From NCBI GenBank assembly GCA_963662615.2, contig CAXXSR010000001.1, forward strand, positions 1,728,001 through 1,792,000: a stretch of DNA of 64,000 bases, in the 5' to 3' direction. Below the pieces are notes generated by a model, which had not been told where the DNA came from, searched no databases, and saw only the letters and a list, made by a program, of their open reading frames with translations. The DNA comes from Dehalococcoidia bacterium. GTDB lineage: Bacteria > Chloroflexota > Dehalococcoidia > Bin125. Position numbers and translations under genes: made by a program. Shown piece by piece: positions 49,672-59,336 of the stretch (the first letter of the stretch is position 1; each line of letters begins with the position of its first letter).

Positions 49672-50123
49672 CGGTCACGGCCACGCGCCCCACGCAGCGG
49701 GCGGGCGAAGCTGAGTTCGTGTCCGTCCGGGTCCGTGAGGTGGAAGTAGCGCTCGCCCCATTCGGCGTCGCGGGGCGCGAACTGCGGCGACAACCCCCCG
49801 CCCAGGGCCCGCTCGTAGAACGCATCCACGTCCGAGACGTAGAAGATGAGGCGGCCCCACCAAGGGAGCGGCGGCGCGTCTCCCCGCACGACCAAGTTGA
49901 TGTAGCTCTCGCCCACGGCGAAGCTGGTGAACGACGCCTCCGCGCCGCCGGAGAGCCGGCGATAGCCCAGCGCCTCGTAGAAGTGCACGGCTCGCGCCAT
50001 GTCCGTTGTCGCCAGCGTGACCGCGCTGATCGACTCGACACGCGCATCCGAGGCCGGCGCTGCGGCGCCGTCGCCGGGGGCGTCGGCATCGGCACGGGCA
50101 TCGCCGGGCTGAGACCTGGCCAT
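49668..50123 (-). CDS. VOC (glyoxalase/bleomycin resistance) family protein
   Basis: ISAVTLAT.DMARAVHFY, WGRLIFYVSDVD, WGERYFHLTDPDGHELSF. Confidence 0.88.
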   Translation of the reverse strand: MARSQPGDARADADAPGDGAAAPASDARVESISAVTLATTDMARAVHFYEALGYRRLSGGAEASFTSFAVGESYINLVVRGDAPPLPWWGRLIFYVSDVDAFYERALGGGLSPQFAPRDAEWGERYFHLTDPDGHELSFARPLRGARGRDR

Positions 50124-50204
50124 ATGGCAATGCTACAGCCGCCCATGCTACCGCCGCCCCGTCGGGCGATGTCCCGCGCTCGGGAAAGGCGCAGCCAGCG
50201 GGCC

Positions 50205-50232
50205 TTGCATAGGCGTCCCCGTCCGATATGAT
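50205..50232 (+). promoter_or_regulatory. Putative sigma70 promoter of the TPP riboswitch leader
   Basis: TTGCAT-N16-TATGAT about 15 nt before the aptamer. Confidence 0.5.
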
Positions 50233-50246
50233 GCAGGCGACAGTGG

Positions 50247-50330
50247 TCACGCCGGGGTGGTGCGGCGGCAGCCGCGCCTGAGATGACACCCGCTGAACCT
50301 GATCCGGTTAATGCCGGCGTAGGGAGCGAT
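50247..50330 (+). ncRNA. TPP (thiamine pyrophosphate) riboswitch
   Basis: GGGGTG...CTGAGA...ACCC..GAACCTGATCCGGTTAATGCCGGCGTAGGGAG consensus; upstream of thiY-like genes. Confidence 0.95.
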
Positions 50331-50622
50331 GGGCTTGCCTCTCTTTTCCACGGTTCCTTGGTCCGCGCTCGTGCAGATGTCTGAGCCGATCCCCGGACGT
50401 GCCCTCGCCGCCAGGCGGCGGCATCGCTGACGGCGGTCAGGCTAGGCGTCCCGCGCGAGTATCGCCCTTCCTCGCAGACGCGGGCAGTCTCGCCAAGACG
50501 GATCCCCAGCGGTGCGCCGATTGGCCGTGGCCGCGACCGGGGGAGCGTGGGTCCGGTTCGCGCCGGGTGCATGCCGCCGGAGCCCCGCAGAGCGGAAGGG
50601 TCTACGTTGGAAGGAGGCGAAC

Positions 50623-51696
50623 ATGACGAAGGGACGGCCCTGGGCAGAGCTGCCCGCACAGCGCTTGAGCCGCCGCCGGCTCCTTGCTCTCAGCGCGAGC
50701 GCGGGCATCGGCGCGGCGGGACTCGCCCTCGTCGGCTGCGGCGACGACGATGACGGAGGACAGCCCGGAGGGCTGAGCACGGTCAGCCTGGCGCTGGACT
50801 GGGTGCCGAACACCAACCACACTGGCTTCTACGTTGCCGACGCGATGGGATGGTACGAGGACGCGGGAGTGCGGCTCGACATCCTGCCCTATGCGGACAC
50901 GTCCCCCGACGTCCTGGTGGACGCGGGCACGGCGGATTTCGGCATCTCGTTCGCCACCAGCGTCCCGCTCGCTGTCTCTGCCGGCCTTTCGCTCACCTCG
51001 GTGATGGCGATCCTCCAGCGACCGGCCAGCGCCCTTGTCGTCCGCGCCGACCGAGACGACATCCGCTCGCCCAAGGATCTGGACGGCAAGCTCTACGCCG
51101 GCTTCGGCGCACCCTTCGAAGAGCCCATGATCTCCCAGATCATCCAGGCCGACGGAGGCCGGGGCGAGTTCGAGACCGTCACGCTCAACACCTTCGCCTA
51201 CGACGCGGTCAACAGCGGCGATGCGGACTTCGCCTGGGCGTTCGTGACCTGGGAGGGCGTGCAGCAAGAGCTCCTGGGCGAGCCGTTCCGGGAGTTGCAC
51301 TTCCGCGATTTTGGCTTCCCGGAGTGGTATGCGGTGGTGCTGATAGGGAACCCGAACTGGCTCGGCGACCATCCCGATCTGGCGAGGGCGTTCGTGCAGG
51401 CATCGCAGCGTGGCTTCGAGTTCGCCGCGCGACGGCCGGAGGAAGCGGCCGGGATCCTGATCGATAAGAATCCGGGCGTCTTCACCGAGCCGGAGCTGCC
51501 CATCGCCAGCGCCGCCCTGCTCGCCGGCGAGTTCTACCTCAATGAGGATGGCAATTTCGGCACGCAGACGTTGCAGAAGTGGACCGACCTCCCGCGGTTC
51601 CTCTTCGAGATTGGTGCGCTGACCGACGAGAACGGGGATCCACTGCAACGGGAGCCCGACTACAGCCGCTTCTTCACGAATGCCTTCCTTTCTTAG
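50623..51696 (+). CDS. thiY: Thiamine-precursor ABC transporter binding lipoprotein (ThiY/NMT1 family)
   Basis: Tat-like SRRRLL plus lipobox LVGC; LDWVPNTNHTGFYVA; under the TPP riboswitch. Confidence 0.88.
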   Translation: MTKGRPWAELPAQRLSRRRLLALSASAGIGAAGLALVGCGDDDDGGQPGGLSTVSLALDWVPNTNHTGFYVADAMGWYEDAGVRLDILPYADTSPDVLVDAGTADFGISFATSVPLAVSAGLSLTSVMAILQRPASALVVRADRDDIRSPKDLDGKLYAGFGAPFEEPMISQIIQADGGRGEFETVTLNTFAYDAVNSGDADFAWAFVTWEGVQQELLGEPFRELHFRDFGFPEWYAVVLIGNPNWLGDHPDLARAFVQASQRGFEFAARRPEEAAGILIDKNPGVFTEPELPIASAALLAGEFYLNEDGNFGTQTLQKWTDLPRFLFEIGALTDENGDPLQREPDYSRFFTNAFLS

Positions 51697-51823
51697 GCGA
51701 CGAAGCCTGTCCTAGCAGGCGAAGGCTCTCGGAAGGGACCCGGGCTCTCGGCGAGCAGGGACGGGGACAGTGTCGGTCGCCGCGGGGCGGCTCTCCCGCC
51801 GCACCCAGGAAAGAGGAGGTGCA

Positions 51824-52669
51824 ATGGCGGCCGGCAGGCCGGCGGATGCAATCCTGAACGTGGCGAGCCGCCTTTTGCCGCCTCGATCATTGGCAGCCCG
51901 ATCGCGGCCGGCGCTCGCGGTCCTGCCCGTGATCGCCTTTGCCGCGATCGGCTTCGCGGCCTGGGAAGCCTATGTGCAGCTCAGCGACGTCCGGCCGCAG
52001 GTCTTGCCGGCGCCCAGCCGTGTCATCCGTGAGGGCTGGGAGTTTCGTGACCTCCTCTGGACCAACACGGCGCCCACCCTGATCGAGACCGGGATCGGGT
52101 TCGCCATCTCAATCGGCGCCGCGACGCTCTTCGCCGCCCTCATGGACTTCTCCGCGCCGGCCCGCCGCGCGCTTTATCCCACGCTGGTGGCGTCGCAGAC
52201 GCTTCCGCTCATCGTTCTCGCTCCCCTGATGATCATCTGGTTCGGCTTTGGCCTGACGCCCAAGATCCTCCTGGTCGTCCTCTTCACGTTTTTCCCCATC
52301 ACCGTGGGCTGGGTAGACGGGTTCAACTCCACGGAAACGGAGGCGACCAACCTGCTGCGTTCCATGGGCGCGAACCGCTGGCAGATCTTTTGGAAGCTGC
52401 GGCTGCCCAACGCCCTGCCCCGCTTCTTCTCGGGCTTGCGCATGGGGATCACCTATGCCATTGGCGGCGCGATCTTCGCGGAATACGCCGGCGCCCGGGA
52501 CGGGCTGGGAATCTTCATGCTGGAGCAGAAGAACGCCTTCCGCACCGACCTCGTCCTCGCCGCGGTCCTGGTGGCGGCCGCCTTCAGCATCGCCCTGTTT
52601 CTCTCCACGTACATCGTCGAGCGGATCGCGATCCCCTGGTACTTCGCCACCCGGCGCGCCCAGACATAG
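51824..52669 (+). CDS. thiX: Thiamine-precursor ABC permease (ThiX/SsuC family)
   Basis: LPAPS, SQTLPLIVLAPL, WFGFG, LPNALPRFFSGLR. Confidence 0.85.
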   Translation: MAAGRPADAILNVASRLLPPRSLAARSRPALAVLPVIAFAAIGFAAWEAYVQLSDVRPQVLPAPSRVIREGWEFRDLLWTNTAPTLIETGIGFAISIGAATLFAALMDFSAPARRALYPTLVASQTLPLIVLAPLMIIWFGFGLTPKILLVVLFTFFPITVGWVDGFNSTETEATNLLRSMGANRWQIFWKLRLPNALPRFFSGLRMGITYAIGGAIFAEYAGARDGLGIFMLEQKNAFRTDLVLAAVLVAAAFSIALFLSTYIVERIAIPWYFATRRAQT

Positions 52670-52676
52670 GCAAGCG

Positions 52677-53474
52677 ATGGCCGTCCCCAAGATCGAACTG
52701 CGCGGGCTCCGCAAGAGCTTCCCCACGAAGAATGGCTCGCTGCGCGTCCTCGCCGACGTGAACCTCTCCAGCGACGCAGCGGAATTCGTCAGCGTCATTG
52801 GGCCCAGCGGCTGCGGCAAGAGCACTATGTTCAACATCGTGGCCGGGCTGGAGCCCGCCGGCGGTGGCGACGTTCTGATCGACGGCGAGCCCGCGACCGG
52901 CCAAAAGCAGTTCTTCGCCTATATGCCACAGAAGGACCTCCTCTTCCCCTGGCGCACCGTGCTGGACAACACCACCTTGGGGCTGGAGATCCAGGGGCGG
53001 TCGAAGGCGGAGGCGCGTGCGCGTGTCGCACCGCTTGTCAAGACGTTCGGGCTTGCCGGCTTCAAAAGCGCCTATCCCCACGAGCTCTCCGGCGGGATGC
53101 GACAACGGGTGGCGCTCCTGCGGACGGTCGTACAGGAGCGCAGCGTCATCCTCCTGGACGAGCCGTTGGGCGCACTTGACTCGCTGACTCGCACGGAGAT
53201 GCAAGAGTGGCTGGGCGGGGTCTGGGAGCAATTCCGCTGGACGGTATTCCTGATCACGCACGACATTCGGGAGGCCGTGCTGCTCTCCGACCGCGTCTAC
53301 GTCCTGACCGCGCGCCCAGCGACGGTCAAAGCTGTTGTCCACGTGCCCATCCCGCGGCCTCGCTCCCTTGATGTCATCGGCACGCCGGAATTCCTGCAAC
53401 TGGAAGCCGCGCTTATGCGATCGCTCCACGAAGAGAGCGCGAACGCGCCGGCGCATCCCGCCCCCGGCGACTGA
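52677..53474 (+). CDS. thiZ: Thiamine-precursor ABC ATPase (ThiZ/SsuB family)
   Basis: GPSGCGKST, YMPQKDLLFPWRT, LSGGMRQR, LLDEP. Confidence 0.85.
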   Translation: MAVPKIELRGLRKSFPTKNGSLRVLADVNLSSDAAEFVSVIGPSGCGKSTMFNIVAGLEPAGGGDVLIDGEPATGQKQFFAYMPQKDLLFPWRTVLDNTTLGLEIQGRSKAEARARVAPLVKTFGLAGFKSAYPHELSGGMRQRVALLRTVVQERSVILLDEPLGALDSLTRTEMQEWLGGVWEQFRWTVFLITHDIREAVLLSDRVYVLTARPATVKAVVHVPIPRPRSLDVIGTPEFLQLEAALMRSLHEESANAPAHPAPGD

Positions 53475-53688
53475 GGCGAACTCCGCCGGCTCGCTCGGAT
53501 CGGAGCGGCAACGGCGTGACGTCGGAGGCCGTGACGGGCACAGCGCTCCTTGCCAGAGTGCTCATTGCCAAAGTCCCGGACGGCTTCCGTGCAGGCGTCG
53601 CGCGGGAGATCCGTTGCGCTAGAGGTCCGAACGCGCCTCAACTTACGCTCGCGGTCGCGAGCGCCGTCGCAGGGAGTGTTGAGACGTC

Positions 53689-54978
53689 TTAGAAATCGAG
53701 AGGCGCGGGCCTCGCCTTGTGTTGGAGGCCGCTGGGCCACCAGCGGTCCTCCCAGCCTTCGGCGTCCCAAACGTGGCGCAGGGAGGGAAGGACCTCACGC
53801 GCCGTCTTCTCAATGTTCGCGATGGCGAGCTCCTTGGGGATGCTTCCGAACTGATTGAGAATCATGAGGTGCCCCACGTGCAGGGAACGGATCACCGCCT
53901 CAAGCTGCTCGGTGACCTGCTTCGGCGTCCCCGAGACAACGTTCCCCTCGCGGATGAGATCCGCCCAGGTGACATCGGAGCCCTTCTTGCTCTGGGCGAA
54001 CTGTTTGGTGGTGCCGCGGTCGTCGAACTGCGGCGCATCGCCGAAGACCGGCTTCGCAGTCTGGCTGCTCCTGAATCCCTCCTCAATGGTGCGGACGGTC
54101 CGGTAGCCGGGTGGGTCGTAGTAGCGCGCGTCAATGTGGAGCATCTTGTTGTAGAAGTACTCCGCGTGCGGCCCGAACTTGTCGGCGACCTCCTGTTCAC
54201 TGTCCGCCACCGCCACCAACTGCAGGAAGCCGGCGTGGTAGGGATTGAGCGGCTTCTCCTTCTCCTGCATGATCTTCCAGAAGCCGTCCACGTTCCGCTG
54301 CCCCCGCTTGTAGCCGCCATAGGAGAGGTAGCAATAGACGTAGCCCTTGTCCGCGCACCACTCCCACGTCTCCACCGAACCTCCCCCGGGGATCCAGATG
54401 GGCGGATGCGGCTTCTGAAGCGGCCGGGGCCAGAGGTTCACGTAGCGCAGCTGGGTAAAGGCGCCGTTGTAGCTGAAAACCTCCGGCGTGGTCCAGGCCT
54501 TGATGATCAGGTCCTCCGCCTCGTAATACTTCTCGCGCAGCGTGGAGGGGTTGGTGCCGTAGCAGAAGACGTCGTCCATGGGCGACCCCACGGGAAAGCC
54601 CGCTACCAGGCGGCCCCCGCTGAGGCAGTCCAGCATGGCGAACTCTTCAGCCACGCGGATGGGCGGGTTGTAGAGCGGCAGCGAGTTGCCCATCACAACG
54701 ACCGCCACGTCGCGCGTCCGGCGCGTCAGCGTGGCCGCCATCAGGTTCGGCGACGGCATCAGGCCGTAGCCGTTCTGGTGGTGCTCGTTCACGCAGACGC
54801 CGTCGTAGCCGGCCGCCGCCGCCGCTTCCAGTTCATCCAGGGCGTCGTTGTACATCTGGTGCGCCTTGGCCGGGTCGAACAGCTCGCTGGGGATGTCCAC
54901 CCAGACGCTGGGGTAGCGCTCGGGAAAGTCCGGCGGCAGGTCCCGGTACGGCATCAGGTGGAAGAATTCGAACTTCAT
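53689..54978 (-). CDS. LLM-class flavin-dependent oxidoreductase
   Basis: FHLMPY, NEHHQNGYGLMPSPN, RVAEEFAMLD, WPRPLQKPHPP. Confidence 0.9.
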   Translation of the reverse strand: MKFEFFHLMPYRDLPPDFPERYPSVWVDIPSELFDPAKAHQMYNDALDELEAAAAAGYDGVCVNEHHQNGYGLMPSPNLMAATLTRRTRDVAVVVMGNSLPLYNPPIRVAEEFAMLDCLSGGRLVAGFPVGSPMDDVFCYGTNPSTLREKYYEAEDLIIKAWTTPEVFSYNGAFTQLRYVNLWPRPLQKPHPPIWIPGGGSVETWEWCADKGYVYCYLSYGGYKRGQRNVDGFWKIMQEKEKPLNPYHAGFLQLVAVADSEQEVADKFGPHAEYFYNKMLHIDARYYDPPGYRTVRTIEEGFRSSQTAKPVFGDAPQFDDRGTTKQFAQSKKGSDVTWADLIREGNVVSGTPKQVTEQLEAVIRSLHVGHLMILNQFGSIPKELAIANIEKTAREVLPSLRHVWDAEGWEDRWWPSGLQHKARPAPLDF

Positions 54979-55071
54979 GCGCCCTCTTTCGCGCTCCCTC
55001 AGCGGCCGCTGCGATGCCCACCATGTGCTCGAGGTTCGGTGCACACGCGCGGCCCCCAGCGTCAACGTCGA

Positions 55072-55100
55072 ATGCTAGGGACGCCTCTAGGGGGTGTCAA
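55072..55100 (-). promoter_or_regulatory. Sigma70-type promoter of the LLM gene
   Basis: Minus strand TTGACA-N17-TAGCAT about 95 nt upstream of the ATG. Confidence 0.7.
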
Positions 55101-55204
55101 TTTCGCGATTGGTGTCACGCCGCACGACCCGAGTCGGTACCGCGTCCACAGCGGCACGGCCCGGACTCCACGACGCCACGCTCGCCGCGACGGCGACATC
55201 ACCC

Positions 55205-56494
55205 TCAGCCGGCCGCCGAGTGCATCGGCGGGGCCACCTGGAGCACCGTCCCCCGCCGGTACAGAGCCTGAAGCTCGCGCGCTCCGAGTGACCACGCGAT
55301 GAGCAGGGCGATGAAGAGGACCGCTGGGCCGATGAGGAGGATGCGCACGCTGATCACGTCGCTCGCCGTCCCGTTGGCCAGGATCATGATCGCCATGACG
55401 CCGCCGGCGAACAGGGCAGCGAGGCTCATGACGCGACCGCGAATCTCGTCCGGCACCACCGACTGAATAAAGGTGAACGCCAGCGTCATGAACATCGCCT
55501 GTGCGGCGCCCGCGATCGCAGCCCCGGCAACGGCGGTGGCCACATTGGCGCCGAGTCCGAGCACGACGACTCCGACCCCGGAGAGCAGACCACTGCCAAG
55601 AAAGAGCGCGCCCCGCTGCTGGGAGTTGCTCACGATGGCGAGGGCGAGCGTACCGGCCAACGCGCCCCCTCCCAGCCCCATCAGGAGCGCGCCGAAGAGA
55701 CCGCTGCCGCCATCCAGCTCGCGCTTGGCGAAGATCGGGAGCATGGCGTCGATCGACATGGTGAGCATGCAGTGCAGCGTCACCAGCGCCATCACCATCC
55801 GCACCTGCCGGTGGCCGCCAACGTAGCGCAGCGCCTCCTTCACGTGGGCGCCGGCCTCCAGCACAAGATCGCGACCGCTCCCTTCAATTCCACCCGTCGA
55901 GCGAACACGCACGCGCGAGTTCCAGAACGCCGCCAGCAGGGAAAAGCCGGCCGCCATCACGAAGATCCACCCCGGCCCCAGGTTGCTGAGCATGGGCGTG
56001 GCGGCCACCGGCCCGATCAGGCGCGACCCGTAGCGGGCCAGCGAGGCGAGGGCGATGGCGTTGAGCAACTCGTTCTTGCCCACCGTGTTCGGCAGCAGTG
56101 CCTGTTGGGTTGGCGTTTCCACGGACCAGACCAACCCGCCCGCGAACGCGAACAGCACCAGCTGCCAGACCTGGACGACGTCGGCGAGGGCGAGCCCGGC
56201 CAAGCCCAGCGCGAGCAGCGCCTGGACCGCGCCCGCGTAGACCAGCACACGGGCGCGGTCGAAGCGGTCCGCGAGGGCGCCGCCAATGGGGGCAAGCATC
56301 CACGGCGCCATCGCCGCGAAGGTGACCACGCCGACTGCGAAGCCGCTGTCCGAGACGTCAAGCGCGATCCAGGCGCGGGCCATGAGGAGCGACCAGAAGG
56401 CGACCGCTGAGGCGGTGGCTCCCAGCCACGCCCGGCGATAGTCGCGGTGCCCCAGGGCCGGAAAACGGACCGCGCGGAGACGGGGCTCATCCAT
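55205..56494 (-). CDS. MFS transporter
   Basis: FPALGHRDYR, GALADRFDR, about 12 hydrophobic segments, RGRVMS. Confidence 0.88.
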   Translation of the reverse strand: MDEPRLRAVRFPALGHRDYRRAWLGATASAVAFWSLLMARAWIALDVSDSGFAVGVVTFAAMAPWMLAPIGGALADRFDRARVLVYAGAVQALLALGLAGLALADVVQVWQLVLFAFAGGLVWSVETPTQQALLPNTVGKNELLNAIALASLARYGSRLIGPVAATPMLSNLGPGWIFVMAAGFSLLAAFWNSRVRVRSTGGIEGSGRDLVLEAGAHVKEALRYVGGHRQVRMVMALVTLHCMLTMSIDAMLPIFAKRELDGGSGLFGALLMGLGGGALAGTLALAIVSNSQQRGALFLGSGLLSGVGVVVLGLGANVATAVAGAAIAGAAQAMFMTLAFTFIQSVVPDEIRGRVMSLAALFAGGVMAIMILANGTASDVISVRILLIGPAVLFIALLIAWSLGARELQALYRRGTVLQVAPPMHSAAG

Positions 56495-56647
56495 CGCTGC
56501 TGATTATAGGGAGCCCCGGGCGGCCAGAGCTGTCGGCGAGAGGCAACAGTCGCAGCACGGTCAACGTCTCCGGGGAGCGCGCGGTCGTAGAATGGGGCGG
56601 AACTTTAGGCGCTGCTGTGCCGTTCGGATGCAGAGAGAGTCTTGACC

Positions 56648-57944
56648 ATGTGCGTCGCTTTGCGGAGGCGAGCGATCGTGTTCGGGCTGCTGTCCTTCGC
56701 GGCCCTGGCGGCGATTGCGGCGCTATTCGCCCCCGCGAACGCAAACGCCGTCGAGGTATCGTATACCGTCACGCAGATCCTGGATGCCAGCGGTGATGGG
56801 ACCCACCCGCTCGATTATCCGATCGACATCGCCATCGATAGGGACGGGAACGTCTACGTGGCGGGGCTTGAGAGCCACAACGTTTTTTCGAGTCACTCCA
56901 GCCGGCGCGATCACCCAGATCCTGGACAGCTCCGGCGATGGCGTTCACGAGCTCAGTGGCCCCAGCGGCATCGCTGTCGATTCAGAAGGCAATGTCTATG
57001 TGACCGGGCAAGAGAGCCACAACGCGTTCCGGATCGCGCCCGATGGCTCGAGCTCACAAATCATCGATCAGACCGGCGACGGGGTTCACCGGCTCGTCCA
57101 CCCGAATGACATCGCTGTTGATGAGGCTGGAACCGTATACGTGGCGGGGCTCACGAGCGACAACCTCTTCCGCATCACGCCCACCGGCGAGATCACCGAG
57201 ATCTTCACGGCGAGGGAACCGTTCGAGGCAGTCGGATTCATCGATCTCGCCGTGCAAGCCAACGGCACCTCCTATATCGCCCAGCGATTCAGCGACAAGG
57301 CCTTCCGTGTCGCCCCGGACGGCGCCGTCACCACGGTGCTCGACGCGCGGGGTGATGGCGTTCAACCTCTCGAATGGCCCAACAGCGTCGCCGTCGATAA
57401 CGCCGGGAACCTCTACGTAGCCGGGCTGGTCAGCCGCAATCTGTTCCGGGTCACGCCGGACGGCGAAGTCCGCGTGATCTTCGACCTCCGGAGCGAGGGC
57501 ACGGATCATACCGATCGCCTCTCCGAAGTCGCCGTGGACGGTGCCGGCAACGTCTTCGTACTCGCGGAGGTACGGGACCGAGTCTACCGGGTGGGTCCAG
57601 ACGGAAGGTCGAGCGTCATCTTGAACGCCAGCGGAGACGGCGTTCATCCGCTAGGATTCCCGGTCGAGCTTGCCGTGGGCGCAGATGGAAGCGTCTACAT
57701 TGCCGGCGCTGTCAGCGACAACGTCTTCAAGCTCACGCCGGCGGTCGGCGCGCCCAGTGAGCTGCCGGCCACGGGCAGCGGCGGGGTGGCAGATGCCGGC
57801 GGGGGAGCGCACCCCGTCTGGATTTGGGCGCTGATCGCGTCGGTTGCGGTGTTCATCGTCGCTGCGGGCGCCCGCAGCAGATGCGGCGGGGGGAGCGAGC
57901 AGAACGGTGAAGCTACGGTCCTACCAGTTTTGAGGCACGAATAA
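56648..57944 (+). pseudogene. Secreted NHL/SBBP-repeat beta-propeller protein with LPxTG-like tail; +1 frameshift in T6 at 56883-56888
   Basis: Frame 1 has a signal peptide and the first repeat (...NVYVAGLESHNVF). Frame 2 resumes FRVTPAG with about six more repeats (IAVD..GNVYV.G..S.N.FR..P.G), then ELPATG, a hydrophobic stretch and basic residues. Confidence 0.78.
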
Positions 57945-58017
57945 TACGTCCGTTCGGATTTCGATCCGAACGAATGGTCGTCGCGCCTGTGATCAGTGCT
58001 CAACGAGAACGGACGTA
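57945..58017. repeat. 73-bp element bounded by 11-bp inverted repeats, with an internal hairpin (MITE-like)
   Basis: TACGTCCGTTC ... GAACGGACGTA; internal CGTTCGGAT-ttcg-ATCCGAACG. Confidence 0.45.
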
Positions 58018-58119
58018 GGATTGGTGCCCCACAGGGCTCATTTCAGAGCGCGTTGATCTATCCTCTGCCCGTCGTGCAGCGGGCAGTGCCTGCGCGGCGC
58101 ACCGCGGTGGGGAGGGATC

Positions 58120-59154
58120 ATGGCCACACGAATCGGCATCATTGGCGCCGGCGCGATCGGCTCACTGGTGGGCGGGATGCTCACCAAGGCGGGGCGCGAC
58201 GTCACCCTGGTGGACGCCTGGCCGGCGCACGTCGAGAAGATGAAGCGCGACGGCCTCCACATCTCCGGGACGAGGGGCGACCTCACCGTGCCCGTGCGGG
58301 CGTTGCACATCGGCGAGCTGCAGGGCGTCACTGAGCCGTTCACGCTGGCGTTCGTGGCCGTCAAGTCGTACGACACGGACTGGGCCACGACGCTGATCGC
58401 CCCCTTCGTCGCCGCGGACGGGGCCGTGGTGTGCGCGCAGAACGGGATCAACGACGATCGCGTAGCCGCCATCGCGGGGGATGAGCGCACGCTGGGCTGC
58501 GTGATCCTGGTGGGCGGCGAGCTGAAGGGGCCGGGGCACGTGGTGCGGACGACCGCCGCGGACGCGCCGGCCTTTCGCGTAGGCGAGCTGGACGGCAAGG
58601 AGACAGCGCGCGCCGGCGAGATCGCGACGATCCTCAGCGACGTCGGCGGGACGGACGTGACAACCAACCTCTCGGGGGAGCGCTGGGCGAAGCTCACCAC
58701 GAACTGCATGGTCAACGCCGTGGCCGGGCTGACCGGCTACGGTTCGGCGGAGCTGCGCCAGGTGGAGGTGACGCGGCGGGTCAGCATCCAGATCGGCGCC
58801 GAGGTGATCCGCGTGGCGGGCGCGCTGGGCCACCAGATCGAAGCGGTCTCGGGCATCGACTCCGCTCAGATCGTGGACGCCGCCGCAGGCCGCAACCTGG
58901 CGACCGTGGAGGCGCAAATGGTCGCGCACACCGCCACGGTCGGCGAGGGACTCCCTTCGCTCCTCCAGGACGTGCTCCGGCGCCGCCGCACCGAGATCGA
59001 TTACCTCAACGGCTACGTCGTGGAGCGGGGCCGTAAGGTCGGCGTCCCGACGCCGTTCAACGATGCTGTCGTGGCCGCCGTGCACGCCTTCGTGGTGGGG
59101 GCGATGACGCCCAACCCCACGAACCTGGACTCCGTGGCCGCGCTGCTCGCCTGA
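58120..59154 (+). CDS. Ketopantoate reductase-family oxidoreductase
   Basis: IIGAGAIG, VKSYD, AQNG, WAKLTTN, SLLQD...TEIDYLNG. Confidence 0.85.
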   Translation: MATRIGIIGAGAIGSLVGGMLTKAGRDVTLVDAWPAHVEKMKRDGLHISGTRGDLTVPVRALHIGELQGVTEPFTLAFVAVKSYDTDWATTLIAPFVAADGAVVCAQNGINDDRVAAIAGDERTLGCVILVGGELKGPGHVVRTTAADAPAFRVGELDGKETARAGEIATILSDVGGTDVTTNLSGERWAKLTTNCMVNAVAGLTGYGSAELRQVEVTRRVSIQIGAEVIRVAGALGHQIEAVSGIDSAQIVDAAAGRNLATVEAQMVAHTATVGEGLPSLLQDVLRRRRTEIDYLNGYVVERGRKVGVPTPFNDAVVAAVHAFVVGAMTPNPTNLDSVAALLA

Positions 59155-59336
59155 GGCGCCGGCTCAGGCGCCGCAGACCAGGCCGCGGCCTTCGCCGCGT
59201 CATAGGTTGCGGAGTAGCGGCGCGCCATCGCCGACGTCGAGTGGCCTAGACGTTTGCAGTCCCGCAGCTTCCCTCCTTTTACATCGCCAGCGAGAAGGAA
59301 CGCACGCCTCTTTGGAGATTCCTCTACTGTCGATGC

